A stretch of 64,000 nucleotides of DNA, from IMG/VR virus record IMGVR_UViG_3300007513_000001, positions 62,001-126,000 of that record; one strand, 5' to 3'. The translations under genes and the position numbers were made by a program. Position 1 is the stretch's first letter, and every line of letters starts with the position of its first letter. Below are positions 37,347 through 47,109 of the stretch, one piece after another. The notes below the pieces were generated by a model, which was not told the DNA's origin, ran no database searches, and worked only from the letters and a program-made list of their open reading frames with translations.

Positions 37347-38330
37347 ATGGGCGAGAAAATAAAATTTGAGCAAGTTCCAATCGATAAAATAGCTCTCGAC
37401 ATAAGAGACGATATTAATTTAAGAACTTATGTATTGCTAAATCGCGCTGGACATATTTGGAAGCATTTTCTAAGGGGCGCTAATGAGTACAACATTCGTC
37501 CAAGGACTTACGAAAAGTTTCTAGAGCTTTATCAAGACATTAGAGTAAACGGAATAAAAGATCCAATAAAAGCTCAGAAGATTAATGGGAGATTTTATTT
37601 AGAAGACGGCGCTCATCGGCTTGCTGCCGCTCGAGCGCTGGGAATGAAATTTATTGATGTAGAAATAGTAACTAATTGCGGAATACCTTCTGTGTTTGTG
37701 GCAAAACCAAAAACTGTAGAAATACCATTTCCGATAGATCAAAATAATCCAAGAATCTTAAAAATATTCAAGTATATTGATAGCGATATTATAGAAAAAT
37801 TTGCTGACTTAGAGCTTTCTACTGATACTGAAAAAGAGCCAATGAAAGGAGCTTCAGTTTTTTGGCCCATGTGCTACGATCACTGGCCAGCCATGCTAGA
37901 AGAATTAAAAAAATTCCATAATGTAACTAAAAAAATAGAAATTACATGTGGCTCAAGAGATGTACTGCATGAGATGATAGTCGACTTTTACAAATCAGAC
38001 GATGTAGCTCCTTGGAAGGTGGAAGCTAAATTTCCATATTGTGATAATGCTCCTATGAAATTTTTAGTTTTAGAATTTGATATTGAAGATGCTAGGCACA
38101 GAATTAAAAGAAAAACTGGAAATGAAATTTCTATGGCAATAGAAGATTTAAAAAGTTATATAAGAAAAACTTTTCGTCCAATTGTTGCGAATTATCCTGC
38201 TAATGGTCAACCAGACCTTATCATTCACGCTGGAGACAACGAATATCAAACTTCAGAAATATTGAAAACTGTAATAAGGTTTAAAGATAATCAATCTGTA
38301 GAAATAAAAGATTTAACTGCGAGTGAATAA
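37347..38330 (+). CDS. ParB/Srx-like N-terminal domain fused to an uncharacterised C-terminal domain
   Basis: IRVNGIKDPI...YLEDGAHRLAAARALG; C-terminal IIHAGDN is weakly NDK-like. Confidence 0.7.
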   Translation: MGEKIKFEQVPIDKIALDIRDDINLRTYVLLNRAGHIWKHFLRGANEYNIRPRTYEKFLELYQDIRVNGIKDPIKAQKINGRFYLEDGAHRLAAARALGMKFIDVEIVTNCGIPSVFVAKPKTVEIPFPIDQNNPRILKIFKYIDSDIIEKFADLELSTDTEKEPMKGASVFWPMCYDHWPAMLEELKKFHNVTKKIEITCGSRDVLHEMIVDFYKSDDVAPWKVEAKFPYCDNAPMKFLVLEFDIEDARHRIKRKTGNEISMAIEDLKSYIRKTFRPIVANYPANGQPDLIIHAGDNEYQTSEILKTVIRFKDNQSVEIKDLTASE

Positions 38331-38955
38331 AACCATGTTTTTAGATTTAGTCGGCTTTTTTAATTCGATAAAAAACCTTAGATATTTTGCCACAAAAATT
38401 GAAACACCGTTTTTTAATGATCATTTTCCAGAAGATTATCCAGTTGGAAGAGATGTAGATCTTATTTGCCATCCCGAAGACTTTAGTCGTATATGTTGTT
38501 TATGTGAAGAGTTCATTCAACCAAAAGAGCCATTTTTACGAAGAATAGCCAAAGACACGCCAAAGCATTTTAGATATCGTATTGAATCTGCGAATTACTT
38601 TGTGAGACCAAACCCCAGCTCATACGACAAACTTATCCACGGTTTACCCATGACCAAACTACATTTTCAAGTTGATATATCGGCAATATCTGAAAAAGAA
38701 TACAGCTGTTTTTCAGATAATTTTATTAGTTCTATATTTGATGACTTGGATACTAAAAACGGAATCAATATTTTAGACAAAGATAGGGAGTCTACATTTC
38801 GGTTAATGTTTTGGAAAAAATCTCCAGCCGCAGTTCACCATTCAGATTATATTAGCAAAAATTTTGATAGAGAAATTTTGATGAATTTTAGAGATGGAGA
38901 AATAAAAGAATTTGCTAAAAACATTTTAGAGAGACTGGAAAAAGAAAGTGCGTAA
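38323..38955 (+). CDS. Hypothetical protein, possibly nucleotidyltransferase-fold
   Basis: GRDVDLIC (G-x-D-x-D) and a third acidic strand in QVDI. Confidence 0.45.
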   Translation: MNKTMFLDLVGFFNSIKNLRYFATKIETPFFNDHFPEDYPVGRDVDLICHPEDFSRICCLCEEFIQPKEPFLRRIAKDTPKHFRYRIESANYFVRPNPSSYDKLIHGLPMTKLHFQVDISAISEKEYSCFSDNFISSIFDDLDTKNGINILDKDRESTFRLMFWKKSPAAVHHSDYISKNFDREILMNFRDGEIKEFAKNILERLEKESA

Positions 38956-39574
38956 AGTAGTTTTAGTTGGCAACTCTGGAGAAGCCCTTAATTCTAGGGC
39001 TGGAACTAGTATCGATTCGTCAGATGTAGTAATTAGAATGAACGATTTTGCAGTTTATGGATATGAAGCTTTTGTTGGTTCTAAGACTGATGTAGTTGTC
39101 TGCGCTTTTAGTGGAGATAATAAAATATGCGATATCAAAAACTACCCAAGCTACCCAACTAGAGACTTAGCTAAAAATAGTACAGTGTGGAGCGCTAGAT
39201 TTTTCGAACATCAGCATGATCCTCGAGGCCCGCAAAGAAGAAAGCTTTGCGAAGATCTTCTCGGTCATTCTAACGTAAGACAGCCAACTTTAGACCAGTG
39301 GAATAGAGCGCTAAATAATGCGTATTCTAATTTTTGGAGAAAGCAACCCTCTACTGGGTTAATGGCTATAGAAATGTCACTAGAAAAATATGAGGGTGAA
39401 GAGATATATCTTTATGGTTTTGATTTTAATGTTGAAAAAACTCATTATTTTGATAAAGATTATCTAGATAAAGATTATCCTGGCGATCGATGCGGTCATA
39501 ATTGGGAAGGAGAGTCGTTGTATATTCAACGTTTAATAAACCAAGGAAAAATAAAACTCCTAAAAGGTGTTTAA
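38948..39574 (+). CDS. GT29 (eukaryote-type) sialyltransferase family
   Basis: Sialylmotif L (VVLVGNSG...IDSSDVVIRMN...VGSKTD), motif S (PSTGL...LYGFDF), motif III (HYFD), motif VS (HNW.GE). Confidence 0.82.
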   Translation: MRKVVLVGNSGEALNSRAGTSIDSSDVVIRMNDFAVYGYEAFVGSKTDVVVCAFSGDNKICDIKNYPSYPTRDLAKNSTVWSARFFEHQHDPRGPQRRKLCEDLLGHSNVRQPTLDQWNRALNNAYSNFWRKQPSTGLMAIEMSLEKYEGEEIYLYGFDFNVEKTHYFDKDYLDKDYPGDRCGHNWEGESLYIQRLINQGKIKLLKGV

Positions 39575-40222
39575 ATGTATTGGATAGTCATTCCTGCTCG
39601 CCGCGGATCTAAAGGTCTTCCCTTTAAAAATAGAAAATTATTCAGGTTCACATCAGGCATAGTACCTTCTGATCGTTTGTCAAACACTATAGTGACATCA
39701 GATGATGAAATAATTTTAGAAGGTGCTGTTAATGCAGGTTTCTTAAGCCACAAAAGAGACAAGTCGCTTGCAAAAGACGAGACTTCGGTTCGCGAAGTTT
39801 TAAAAGACGTCATATCTAAATTTAATATTCCAGCCAATGATACTATAATCATGCTGTATTTAACATACCCGCAGAGAACTTGGTTTGATGTTTCTAGAGC
39901 CATATCGTTTTATGAAATTTCTAATGGTAAATCCCTTCTTTGTCGAAAAGAATTAGAAAGTTCTCCATATCTTTGTTTTTATGAAGAACATGAATGGAAG
40001 GGGACGAAAATAATAGAACATGATTTCTGCCGTCGCCAAGATTATAGAGTTTGTTTTGAAGCATCTCATTTTATAGCGATGATGGAAGTCTCTAAAATTA
40101 ATGAACTAGATACAAATCTATATTGTAAAGATACAATATTCTTACCAATAGATTCTTGTATAGACGTTGACGAAGAAAAAGATTTAAGGAAATATTTTAA
40201 TGAAAACCAAGATAATAGCTGA
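39575..40222 (+). CDS. neuA: CMP-nonulosonic acid synthetase (acylneuraminate cytidylyltransferase)
   Basis: IPARRGSKGLPFKN, TSDD, LTYPQR, RRQD, IDVDEEKD. Confidence 0.88.
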   Translation: MYWIVIPARRGSKGLPFKNRKLFRFTSGIVPSDRLSNTIVTSDDEIILEGAVNAGFLSHKRDKSLAKDETSVREVLKDVISKFNIPANDTIIMLYLTYPQRTWFDVSRAISFYEISNGKSLLCRKELESSPYLCFYEEHEWKGTKIIEHDFCRRQDYRVCFEASHFIAMMEVSKINELDTNLYCKDTIFLPIDSCIDVDEEKDLRKYFNENQDNS

Positions 40223-41021
40223 AATTGGGATTAATCATAATGGTGATATTGATATTGCAAAAAGGTTAATAGACATAGCGGTGGTAGCAGGGTGCGACTA
40301 TGCAAAGTTTCAAAAAAGAACTCCAGATATATGCGTACCAGAAGCTCAAAAAAATAAAATGAGAAACACCCCATGGGGTGAAATGAAATATATTGACTAT
40401 AAGAAGAAGATTGAATTTGAAAAAGAAGAATATGAAGAACTTTATGATTATGTTAAAGACAAGCCCATTGAGTTATTTTCTTCTGTTTGGGACAAGCCTT
40501 CTGTAGACTTTATGTCAAACTACACAAATGTTACAAAAATCGGATCAGCTCTAATTACCGACCTAGAATTATGCAGATATGCCAGAGATAATTCAAAGAC
40601 GCTTATTGTATCTACCGGGATGAGTACAGAAGAAGAAATTGATGCTTGCATTGCTGCATGCAGCCCCGATGTTATAATGCACACAAATTCGACTTATCCA
40701 TCTCCTGTTGACGAATTAAACTTAAATTATATCAATTGGCTATCTAATAAATGGCCTGGTGTAGATATCGGTTATAGCGGTCATGAATTTGGTTTGGTTA
40801 CCACCTTTGCCGCAGTCGCAATGGGAGCTACTTGGATAGAGCGCCACATAACACTCGACCGAGTTATGTGGGGAAGCGACCAACTTTCTTCTGTAGAACC
40901 AGGAGGATTAATTAAGCTTGTAAAAGGAATTAGAGATATTGAAAAATCTTTTGGCAAGAGTGGTCCAAGAAAACCTCTCGGTTCCGAGCTAGAAAAGAGA
41001 AAAAGCTTGAGGGGTATATAG
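40200..41021 (+). CDS. neuB: Nonulosonic acid synthase, short form without a C-terminal SAF/AFP domain
   Basis: IAEIGINHNGD, KFQKR, STGMS, MHTNSTYP, GYSGHE, ERHITLDR. Confidence 0.92.
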   Translation: MKTKIIAEIGINHNGDIDIAKRLIDIAVVAGCDYAKFQKRTPDICVPEAQKNKMRNTPWGEMKYIDYKKKIEFEKEEYEELYDYVKDKPIELFSSVWDKPSVDFMSNYTNVTKIGSALITDLELCRYARDNSKTLIVSTGMSTEEEIDACIAACSPDVIMHTNSTYPSPVDELNLNYINWLSNKWPGVDIGYSGHEFGLVTTFAAVAMGATWIERHITLDRVMWGSDQLSSVEPGGLIKLVKGIRDIEKSFGKSGPRKPLGSELEKRKSLRGI

Positions 41022-41735
41022 ATGAATTATGTTTTCGATATAGACGGCACTATATGCAGAGTCTCTGGAACCGATTATAGTACTGCTTCTCCTTTAGAAG
41101 AAAGAATAGAATACATAAATGATTTGTATGATTCTGGAAACAATATAACATATATGACCGCAAGAGGAATGGGTAGGCATAATGGAAATAGAGAAAAAGC
41201 ATGCAGTCAATTTTACGAATTTACTAAAAATCAATTAGCGTCTTGGGGAGCAAAACACCACCGACTTTTGTTGGGAAAACCAGCGGCCGATATTTACGTT
41301 GATGACAAAGGAATGTTAGATAAAGATTTTTTTAGCGGAATAAAGAAAAATAAAAATTCTGCTAGATTTTTGCCAAGAAAAACTAACTTAGAGATGAACC
41401 ATGTAGAAAAAGGATGGGGCTGGGAACGCTGGATATGTAATGGCCCAGAATATTGCGGCAAACTTCTTTTTTTTAATAAGGGAAAAATGTGTTCTTGGCA
41501 TCGTCATGCTCTCAAAGACGAAGTGTTTTATCTACAGTCTGGAAAGATGCTAGTAAAATATTCAGAGCAAGATGATATTTCTAAAGCCGAAGAGCTTATA
41601 CTAAACCCAGGTGACAATTTTCACGTTTATAGAGGTCTTCGGCATAGGATGATAGCCCTAGAAGATTCAGAGTTGTTCGAATTTTCAACTCAGCACTTTG
41701 ACACAGACAGCTATAGAATTATAAAGGGCGATTAA
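41022..41735 (+). CDS. HAD phosphatase fused to a cupin (sugar-phosphate isomerase-like)
   Basis: FDIDGTI and GKPAADIYVDDK (HAD); VEKGWG.E.WI, SWHRH..KDE.F, HRM (cupin). Confidence 0.82.
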   Translation: MNYVFDIDGTICRVSGTDYSTASPLEERIEYINDLYDSGNNITYMTARGMGRHNGNREKACSQFYEFTKNQLASWGAKHHRLLLGKPAADIYVDDKGMLDKDFFSGIKKNKNSARFLPRKTNLEMNHVEKGWGWERWICNGPEYCGKLLFFNKGKMCSWHRHALKDEVFYLQSGKMLVKYSEQDDISKAEELILNPGDNFHVYRGLRHRMIALEDSELFEFSTQHFDTDSYRIIKGD

Positions 41736-42770
41736 ATGAGAGTACTAGTTACAGGTTCTGGGGGCTTAATAGGTAGCGAAGCTGCTGAATATTTTTTAAA
41801 AAAGCAGAATGTTACAGTGAAGGGCGTTGACAACAATATGCGGATGGTTTTCTTTGGTCCGGGCGGAGATGTAAGCTCTACAATTTTAAGACTTTCAGCT
41901 TATAAAAATTATAGCCACACAAATATTGACATAACAAATAAGCTGGCTGTCGATGAAGCTATTTCATCATTTCAGCCCGATCTTTTGATTCATTGTGCAG
42001 CACAACCCAGCCATGACAAGGCTGCAGATATTCCGCATTTAGATTTTGAAGTTAACGCAAATGGAACATTAAATCTTTTAGAATCTTTTCGAAACCACTG
42101 TAGCGAATCTTCAGTTTTTATACACGTGAGCACTAATAAAGTGTATGGAGACGGGCCTAACTATCTTGATTTAACAGAGGGGCAAACTCGATATGATTTT
42201 GCTGATGAAAAATATAAAAACGGCATCGCTGAAGATTTTTCTATAGATAGTTGTCTGCATTCTCTTTTCGGGGCCTCTAAGGTCGCTGGAGATATCTTGG
42301 CGCAAGAGTATGGTAGATACTTTGGCTTGAACGTTGGAGTCTTCAGAGGCGGCTGTCTAACCGGACCGCAACATGCTGGGGTAGAGCTGCATGGTTTTCT
42401 TTCTTACATCATAAAGTGCGCAAAATCTGGTAATCCATATACTATTTTTGGCTATAAAGGAAAACAGGTTAGAGACCAAATTCACTGTTACGATGTGGTA
42501 AGAGTTTTTGAAGAGTTTGCCGCAGATCCTAAAAAGGGAGAAGTATACAATCTCGGTGGAGGCGTGCACAATAGCGCGTCTGTATTAGAAGTGATAAGTT
42601 TAATACAAGAAATTTCTGGATACGAATTGAATTATTCGCACTCTAGTGAAGCAAGAATTGGTGATCACATATGTTACTACACCGATATGTCTAAATTTAA
42701 ATCTCACTATCCTTCTTGGAGCATGAAATATAGCTTGAATGCGATAATAGAGGAAATGATAAATGGATAA
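41736..42770 (+). CDS. NAD-dependent epimerase/dehydratase (CDP-paratose 2-epimerase-like SDR)
   Basis: TGSGGLIG, AAQPSHD, STNKVYG, SLFGASK, QVRDQIH, GDHICY. Confidence 0.85.
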   Translation: MRVLVTGSGGLIGSEAAEYFLKKQNVTVKGVDNNMRMVFFGPGGDVSSTILRLSAYKNYSHTNIDITNKLAVDEAISSFQPDLLIHCAAQPSHDKAADIPHLDFEVNANGTLNLLESFRNHCSESSVFIHVSTNKVYGDGPNYLDLTEGQTRYDFADEKYKNGIAEDFSIDSCLHSLFGASKVAGDILAQEYGRYFGLNVGVFRGGCLTGPQHAGVELHGFLSYIIKCAKSGNPYTIFGYKGKQVRDQIHCYDVVRVFEEFAADPKKGEVYNLGGGVHNSASVLEVISLIQEISGYELNYSHSSEARIGDHICYYTDMSKFKSHYPSWSMKYSLNAIIEEMING

Positions 42771-43521
42771 AAACGTTCTATCTCCTGCGCATATTTCTTC
42801 TATCAAGAGAATGTTAGGTGTGGATGAATCTTTTCGAGACCACGATAAGAAGAAAAAGCCGATTAAAAGAAAAACTACCAAGCCATTAGTATGCGGTCCA
42901 GACTATCTAGAGTATCTTACAAAAAATCTAGTGTCTCCAGCAGGGGTTCGCTCTCCATATGAAGTTCCACATGTGGTAAAAAATTTAATCAAAGATAAAG
43001 TGGTGGTAGATCTCGGATGCGGATCAGGAGATCTATCTTTTGGATTTTCGAAATATGCAAAAATGGTGTATGGTATTGAAATATCGTCGAAAGTCAGGAG
43101 TAATCCAAGATGCGATAAAATAAAAAACATAAAATTGTATAAAAAACAAAATTTTTGGGAAGCGATAGAAGAAAAGGAGCTTTATGCAGACGGCGACGTA
43201 TATTATGTTTGGGGTTTCGCGCACTGTCCTCTTGGGGGCCGTAAAATAAACTTTCAAGAAAAAAAATTCCTGACAGCTAAGCATATTAAAGAAAATTTTC
43301 CCAAAGTTGTAGATAATGAAAATAGAATAATTTTAAGTTTTGCAAATATGTCAGATGTTTCTACCTGGCCATTCGATCAAATAATACCTTTTAAAACACG
43401 CGAACGTCCGATAAAGAAAATCAGACTGTTTGGAGAAGACTGGCAAAATCTATGCATAACAGTTTTAAGGTTTGATAATCCCGCAATAGAAAGTTTAGCC
43501 ACTCTTCGAACAAGAAGATAA
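42763..43521 (+). CDS. Class I SAM-dependent methyltransferase-like protein
   Basis: VVVDLGCGSG, VYGIE. Confidence 0.7.
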   Translation: MDKNVLSPAHISSIKRMLGVDESFRDHDKKKKPIKRKTTKPLVCGPDYLEYLTKNLVSPAGVRSPYEVPHVVKNLIKDKVVVDLGCGSGDLSFGFSKYAKMVYGIEISSKVRSNPRCDKIKNIKLYKKQNFWEAIEEKELYADGDVYYVWGFAHCPLGGRKINFQEKKFLTAKHIKENFPKVVDNENRIILSFANMSDVSTWPFDQIIPFKTRERPIKKIRLFGEDWQNLCITVLRFDNPAIESLATLRTRR

Positions 43522-43538
43522 AAAGTTTTAACTCGAGC

Positions 43539-43567
43539 TTGTTCATGAATATGTTTTTTAATAAAAT
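43539..43567 (+). promoter_or_regulatory. Sigma70-like promoter candidate
   Basis: TTGTTC-N17-TAAAAT in the intergenic gap before the GT2 gene at 43586. Confidence 0.45.
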
Positions 43568-43585
43568 TATACAACTGAGAGAAAC

Positions 43586-44608
43586 ATGACCGATTTACCG
43601 AAAGTGTCCGTTGGATTCGTTAATTGCAACAGGCTTCACTATCTTAAAAGCTGCGTAGAATCTTTTCTTTATTGTACTCAAGATTACCCAAATAAAGAAT
43701 TGATAATTGTAGATAATAATTCTGTTGAAGAAGGCACAGAAGAATATTTGAAAGAAAAAGAAGGCCAAGGGTTCATTGTTTTTAGGAGCGAACATAGAGA
43801 TCCTTCTAACGAGTTTGCTAGAGGTCTAAACAAGATAGTAGAAAACTCTACGGGAGATTACGTAATCTTACTCCAGGGCGATATGCAGTTTATATTAAAG
43901 GGCGGCTGGCTAAAAGATTACGTCGAGCTAGCTATTCAATACGGCCCGCAAGTTGGATGCATATCTCTTGACGCGCAAAGAAGAGTTACACACGATTCTC
44001 ATAAATTAACAGAACCAGTCTCTGTAAACGATTATTCTTTCGTTGCCGATTTAGATAGGCCTCCTGTCGCTGGCGCGGCAGATGCTTTCTTTTCTAGAGA
44101 AGTGTTAAGAGAAATGTATCCTTGGGAAATAAGAAATAGTAGTCACGAAGGTTCTGATGACTCTGAAACAAAAATGCTACAAAAAGCTGCCGCGCTAGTT
44201 TACCGCAGAAAGCTAAAGTGGAAAACTATTATGCCTATATTTCCGCCGGCTGCTGCCATATACACAGATTCTCGAGGAACCAACGCTAGAGTAAGGGGTA
44301 ATCGTAGATACGGCGATTATTGGCCGGCAAAATCAGATTTTAGATACTATGAAATATTAGATTATGAAAAATTGATTCAAGATAAAACCGCAACAGGAGG
44401 CCGCCCTTGGAGTATAGAAGAAGTAGTAAAAACTATAGGATTTAATGCGCCTATAGACGAACATGGTTCTTGGTTAAAAAATCCAATACGTCCTGACACA
44501 GCCTTGCCTGGAGAATGGGTAGAGCTAAATTATTTTGACTATTCAAACACAGAACCACTCACTACTAGTGAAGAAGATAAATTTTTAGAAGACTGGCTAA
44601 ACAGTTAA
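43586..44608 (+). CDS. GT2 family glycosyltransferase
   Basis: LIIVDNNSVEEGT, GLNKIV, LQGD. Confidence 0.8.
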   Translation: MTDLPKVSVGFVNCNRLHYLKSCVESFLYCTQDYPNKELIIVDNNSVEEGTEEYLKEKEGQGFIVFRSEHRDPSNEFARGLNKIVENSTGDYVILLQGDMQFILKGGWLKDYVELAIQYGPQVGCISLDAQRRVTHDSHKLTEPVSVNDYSFVADLDRPPVAGAADAFFSREVLREMYPWEIRNSSHEGSDDSETKMLQKAAALVYRRKLKWKTIMPIFPPAAAIYTDSRGTNARVRGNRRYGDYWPAKSDFRYYEILDYEKLIQDKTATGGRPWSIEEVVKTIGFNAPIDEHGSWLKNPIRPDTALPGEWVELNYFDYSNTEPLTTSEEDKFLEDWLNS

Positions 44609-44620
44609 ATTGGAGTTATA

Positions 44621-46258
44621 ATGAAAATAGCGGGACTTTGGTCGGGTCACGACTGTTCTTTTTGCGTTTTAGAAGATGGGAAACCTTTAATTCACGCTGA
44701 ATATGAACGCTACAATAGAGAAAAATCCCCGCCGGGAGATTCTTCTAACTTTATGTTTGACAGGTATCCAGAGTGGCCTGCTATAACTCATTTTGCTTCT
44801 GTATATCCAAAGAAAAAACTAACGGAAAGAGAAGAATCTTATAGTTTATTAAAAAACCACATAGACGCCAATGGTGGAAAGCTATATTTTTGCTCACATC
44901 ATAAAGCTCACGCAGCAAACGCTTTTTATTCTAGTAATTTTGAGAAATCTATAATCGTCACTTTAGATGGTGGTGGTGTAGAAGACGACCGCGGTGGAGA
45001 GTCTGCATGTACGATCTGGAGGGGTGATGGAACAGAATTGAAGCATCTAAAGACCTTTCGGCCTAACGAGATTAATATCGGAGGTGTGTGGACACGAGTA
45101 ACAAGGTATGTATTTAAGCTTCAGAACGGGTGGCCAAGAGGAGGCCAAGAGGGTTCTGTAATGGCCATGGCTGCTTTTGGTGATGCATCTATCTGGGCTC
45201 AAGACTGCTGGAATTGGTTAACCAAAGACAAGATGTCTGCTGGGTTTAAGCCTCCAAACCAACCAGTTGGAGCAACTTCAGACCGTGATCCACCCCACCC
45301 TTATTTAGAACCGTGGGCCGCTCATGCTAGAGAGTCAGAGCAAAATAGATTTGATATAGCTGCTGGTTTGCAAGAAGCGACCGAAGCTCTTATAAGACAA
45401 ATAATAGAATATGCGCTAAGCTTTGATAGCGATATAGATTCAATTTGTTTAGCTGGTGGTGTCACTTTAAATTCTGTTGCCATGGGAAAATTATTGAAGT
45501 GGTTCCCGCAATTAAAGAGAGTCTATATACCCCCTGTACCTTATGACGGTGGATTGTGTATAGGAGCGGCACAGGCTCTGTGGCACGAAGAGCTTGGAAA
45601 TCCGAGAATTAAATGGGAGCATAATTTTACTCCATATTTAGGAGAAACTTGGACTGAAGAACATTTTAATGAAGTTTTAGAAAATAGAAAAAATGACATA
45701 GAAGTTTTAGAATCAAGCGTAGAAGATATAGTTTCAAAGCTTCAAGAGGGAAATATAGTGTCGGTATTCAACGGCTCGTCTGAATCTGGCCGGCGAGCTC
45801 TTGGAAATAGAAGCATATTAGTAGATCCAAGATCAACGACAATGAAAGATACTATCAATGAAAAGGTCAAGCATCGGCAATGGTATCGCCCTTTTGCTCC
45901 CTCTATATTAGAGTCTGAAGCCTCAGATTGGTTCGAAGAATATCAAGAGAGTCCGTACATGCAGTTTGTTTTAAAATTTAAAAAAGAAAAAGTTGATTTA
46001 GTACCAGCTGTGGTTCATTTAGATGGAACAGCAAGACTACAAACGGTTAGAGAGACTGATAATAAGTGGTACTATGATTTTTTGCAAGCTTGGCATAAGG
46101 CATCTGGAGTACCAATCATACTTAACACAAGCTTCAATGATAGAGAGCCCATTTGCGAAAATGTTGAGCATGCTCTAAACTGCTTTTTAGGAACCAACAT
46201 TGACTATCTTTATTTTCCAGAATATAAGAAGCTCATAAAACGAAAAGGTGCAGAGTAA
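44621..46258 (+). CDS. Carbamoyltransferase (NodU/CmcH family)
   Basis: GHD, HHKAHAANAF, TLDGGG, LAGGVTLNS, GRRALGNRSIL, KHRQWYRPFAP, LNTSFN. Confidence 0.93.
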   Translation: MKIAGLWSGHDCSFCVLEDGKPLIHAEYERYNREKSPPGDSSNFMFDRYPEWPAITHFASVYPKKKLTEREESYSLLKNHIDANGGKLYFCSHHKAHAANAFYSSNFEKSIIVTLDGGGVEDDRGGESACTIWRGDGTELKHLKTFRPNEINIGGVWTRVTRYVFKLQNGWPRGGQEGSVMAMAAFGDASIWAQDCWNWLTKDKMSAGFKPPNQPVGATSDRDPPHPYLEPWAAHARESEQNRFDIAAGLQEATEALIRQIIEYALSFDSDIDSICLAGGVTLNSVAMGKLLKWFPQLKRVYIPPVPYDGGLCIGAAQALWHEELGNPRIKWEHNFTPYLGETWTEEHFNEVLENRKNDIEVLESSVEDIVSKLQEGNIVSVFNGSSESGRRALGNRSILVDPRSTTMKDTINEKVKHRQWYRPFAPSILESEASDWFEEYQESPYMQFVLKFKKEKVDLVPAVVHLDGTARLQTVRETDNKWYYDFLQAWHKASGVPIILNTSFNDREPICENVEHALNCFLGTNIDYLYFPEYKKLIKRKGAE

Positions 46259-47109
46259 TGCAGACAACTATTGGAATTCTGGGCCAAGGGTTTGTCGGGT
46301 CTTCTGTGAAGCTAGGATTAGAAAAAGCTTATAAAATAGAAACTTACGATCTAATACCTGAAAAAGCCACGGTTGAATCTATCGGTGAGCTAGTTTGGAA
46401 ATCAGATGTTTTGTTTGTTTGTTTGCCTACCCCAATGAGAAAAGACGGAAGTTGCGACACTAGAATTATTGAATCCGCGCTGAAAGAAATAAACAATTGC
46501 TTATTAGAAATAAATAAAAGCAAGTTGGTAATCACGAAATCTACGGTCCCGCCTCAGACTCACTCAGGCTGGAGCAGCGAATATAGAAATTTAAACCTTG
46601 TTTTCAATCCAGAGTTTCTTACTGAAGCCAATGCCGCAGAAGATTTTAAGAATCAAAATAGAATAGTACTTGGTGGCCATCCATCCGATTGTGAAAAAGC
46701 TCAAAAAGTATTTCAAAAAGTATTTCCAAATATAAGTTATTTTACCACAACATACGTAACTGCAGAACTTGTGAAATATTTCATAAACTGCTTCTTAGCT
46801 GCAAAAGTCTCATTTGCTAATGAATTCTATCAACTATGTGAATCTTTAAATGCAGATTATTCTAGAGTGGTGTCTGGAGCTCTTTTGGATAAAAGAATAG
46901 GAACATCACATCTTCAGGTCCCTGGCCCAGATGGTGATTTTGGTTTCGGCGGCCACTGTTTTCCAAAAGACCTTAATGCTATGATTTATATGGCTAAAAA
47001 ACTAGACATTGATCCCAAAGTTCTTAAAGCGGCTAAACTAAAAAATTCAGAAGTTAGAAATAATAAAGACTGGGAATCTATGAAAGGGCGAGCCGTTAGT
47101 GAAGATTAA
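46258..47109 (+). CDS. UDP-glucose/GDP-mannose 6-dehydrogenase family (short form)
   Basis: GQGFVG, VCLPTP, KSTVPP, FNPEFL, GFGGHCFPKD. Confidence 0.9.
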   Translation: MQTTIGILGQGFVGSSVKLGLEKAYKIETYDLIPEKATVESIGELVWKSDVLFVCLPTPMRKDGSCDTRIIESALKEINNCLLEINKSKLVITKSTVPPQTHSGWSSEYRNLNLVFNPEFLTEANAAEDFKNQNRIVLGGHPSDCEKAQKVFQKVFPNISYFTTTYVTAELVKYFINCFLAAKVSFANEFYQLCESLNADYSRVVSGALLDKRIGTSHLQVPGPDGDFGFGGHCFPKDLNAMIYMAKKLDIDPKVLKAAKLKNSEVRNNKDWESMKGRAVSED

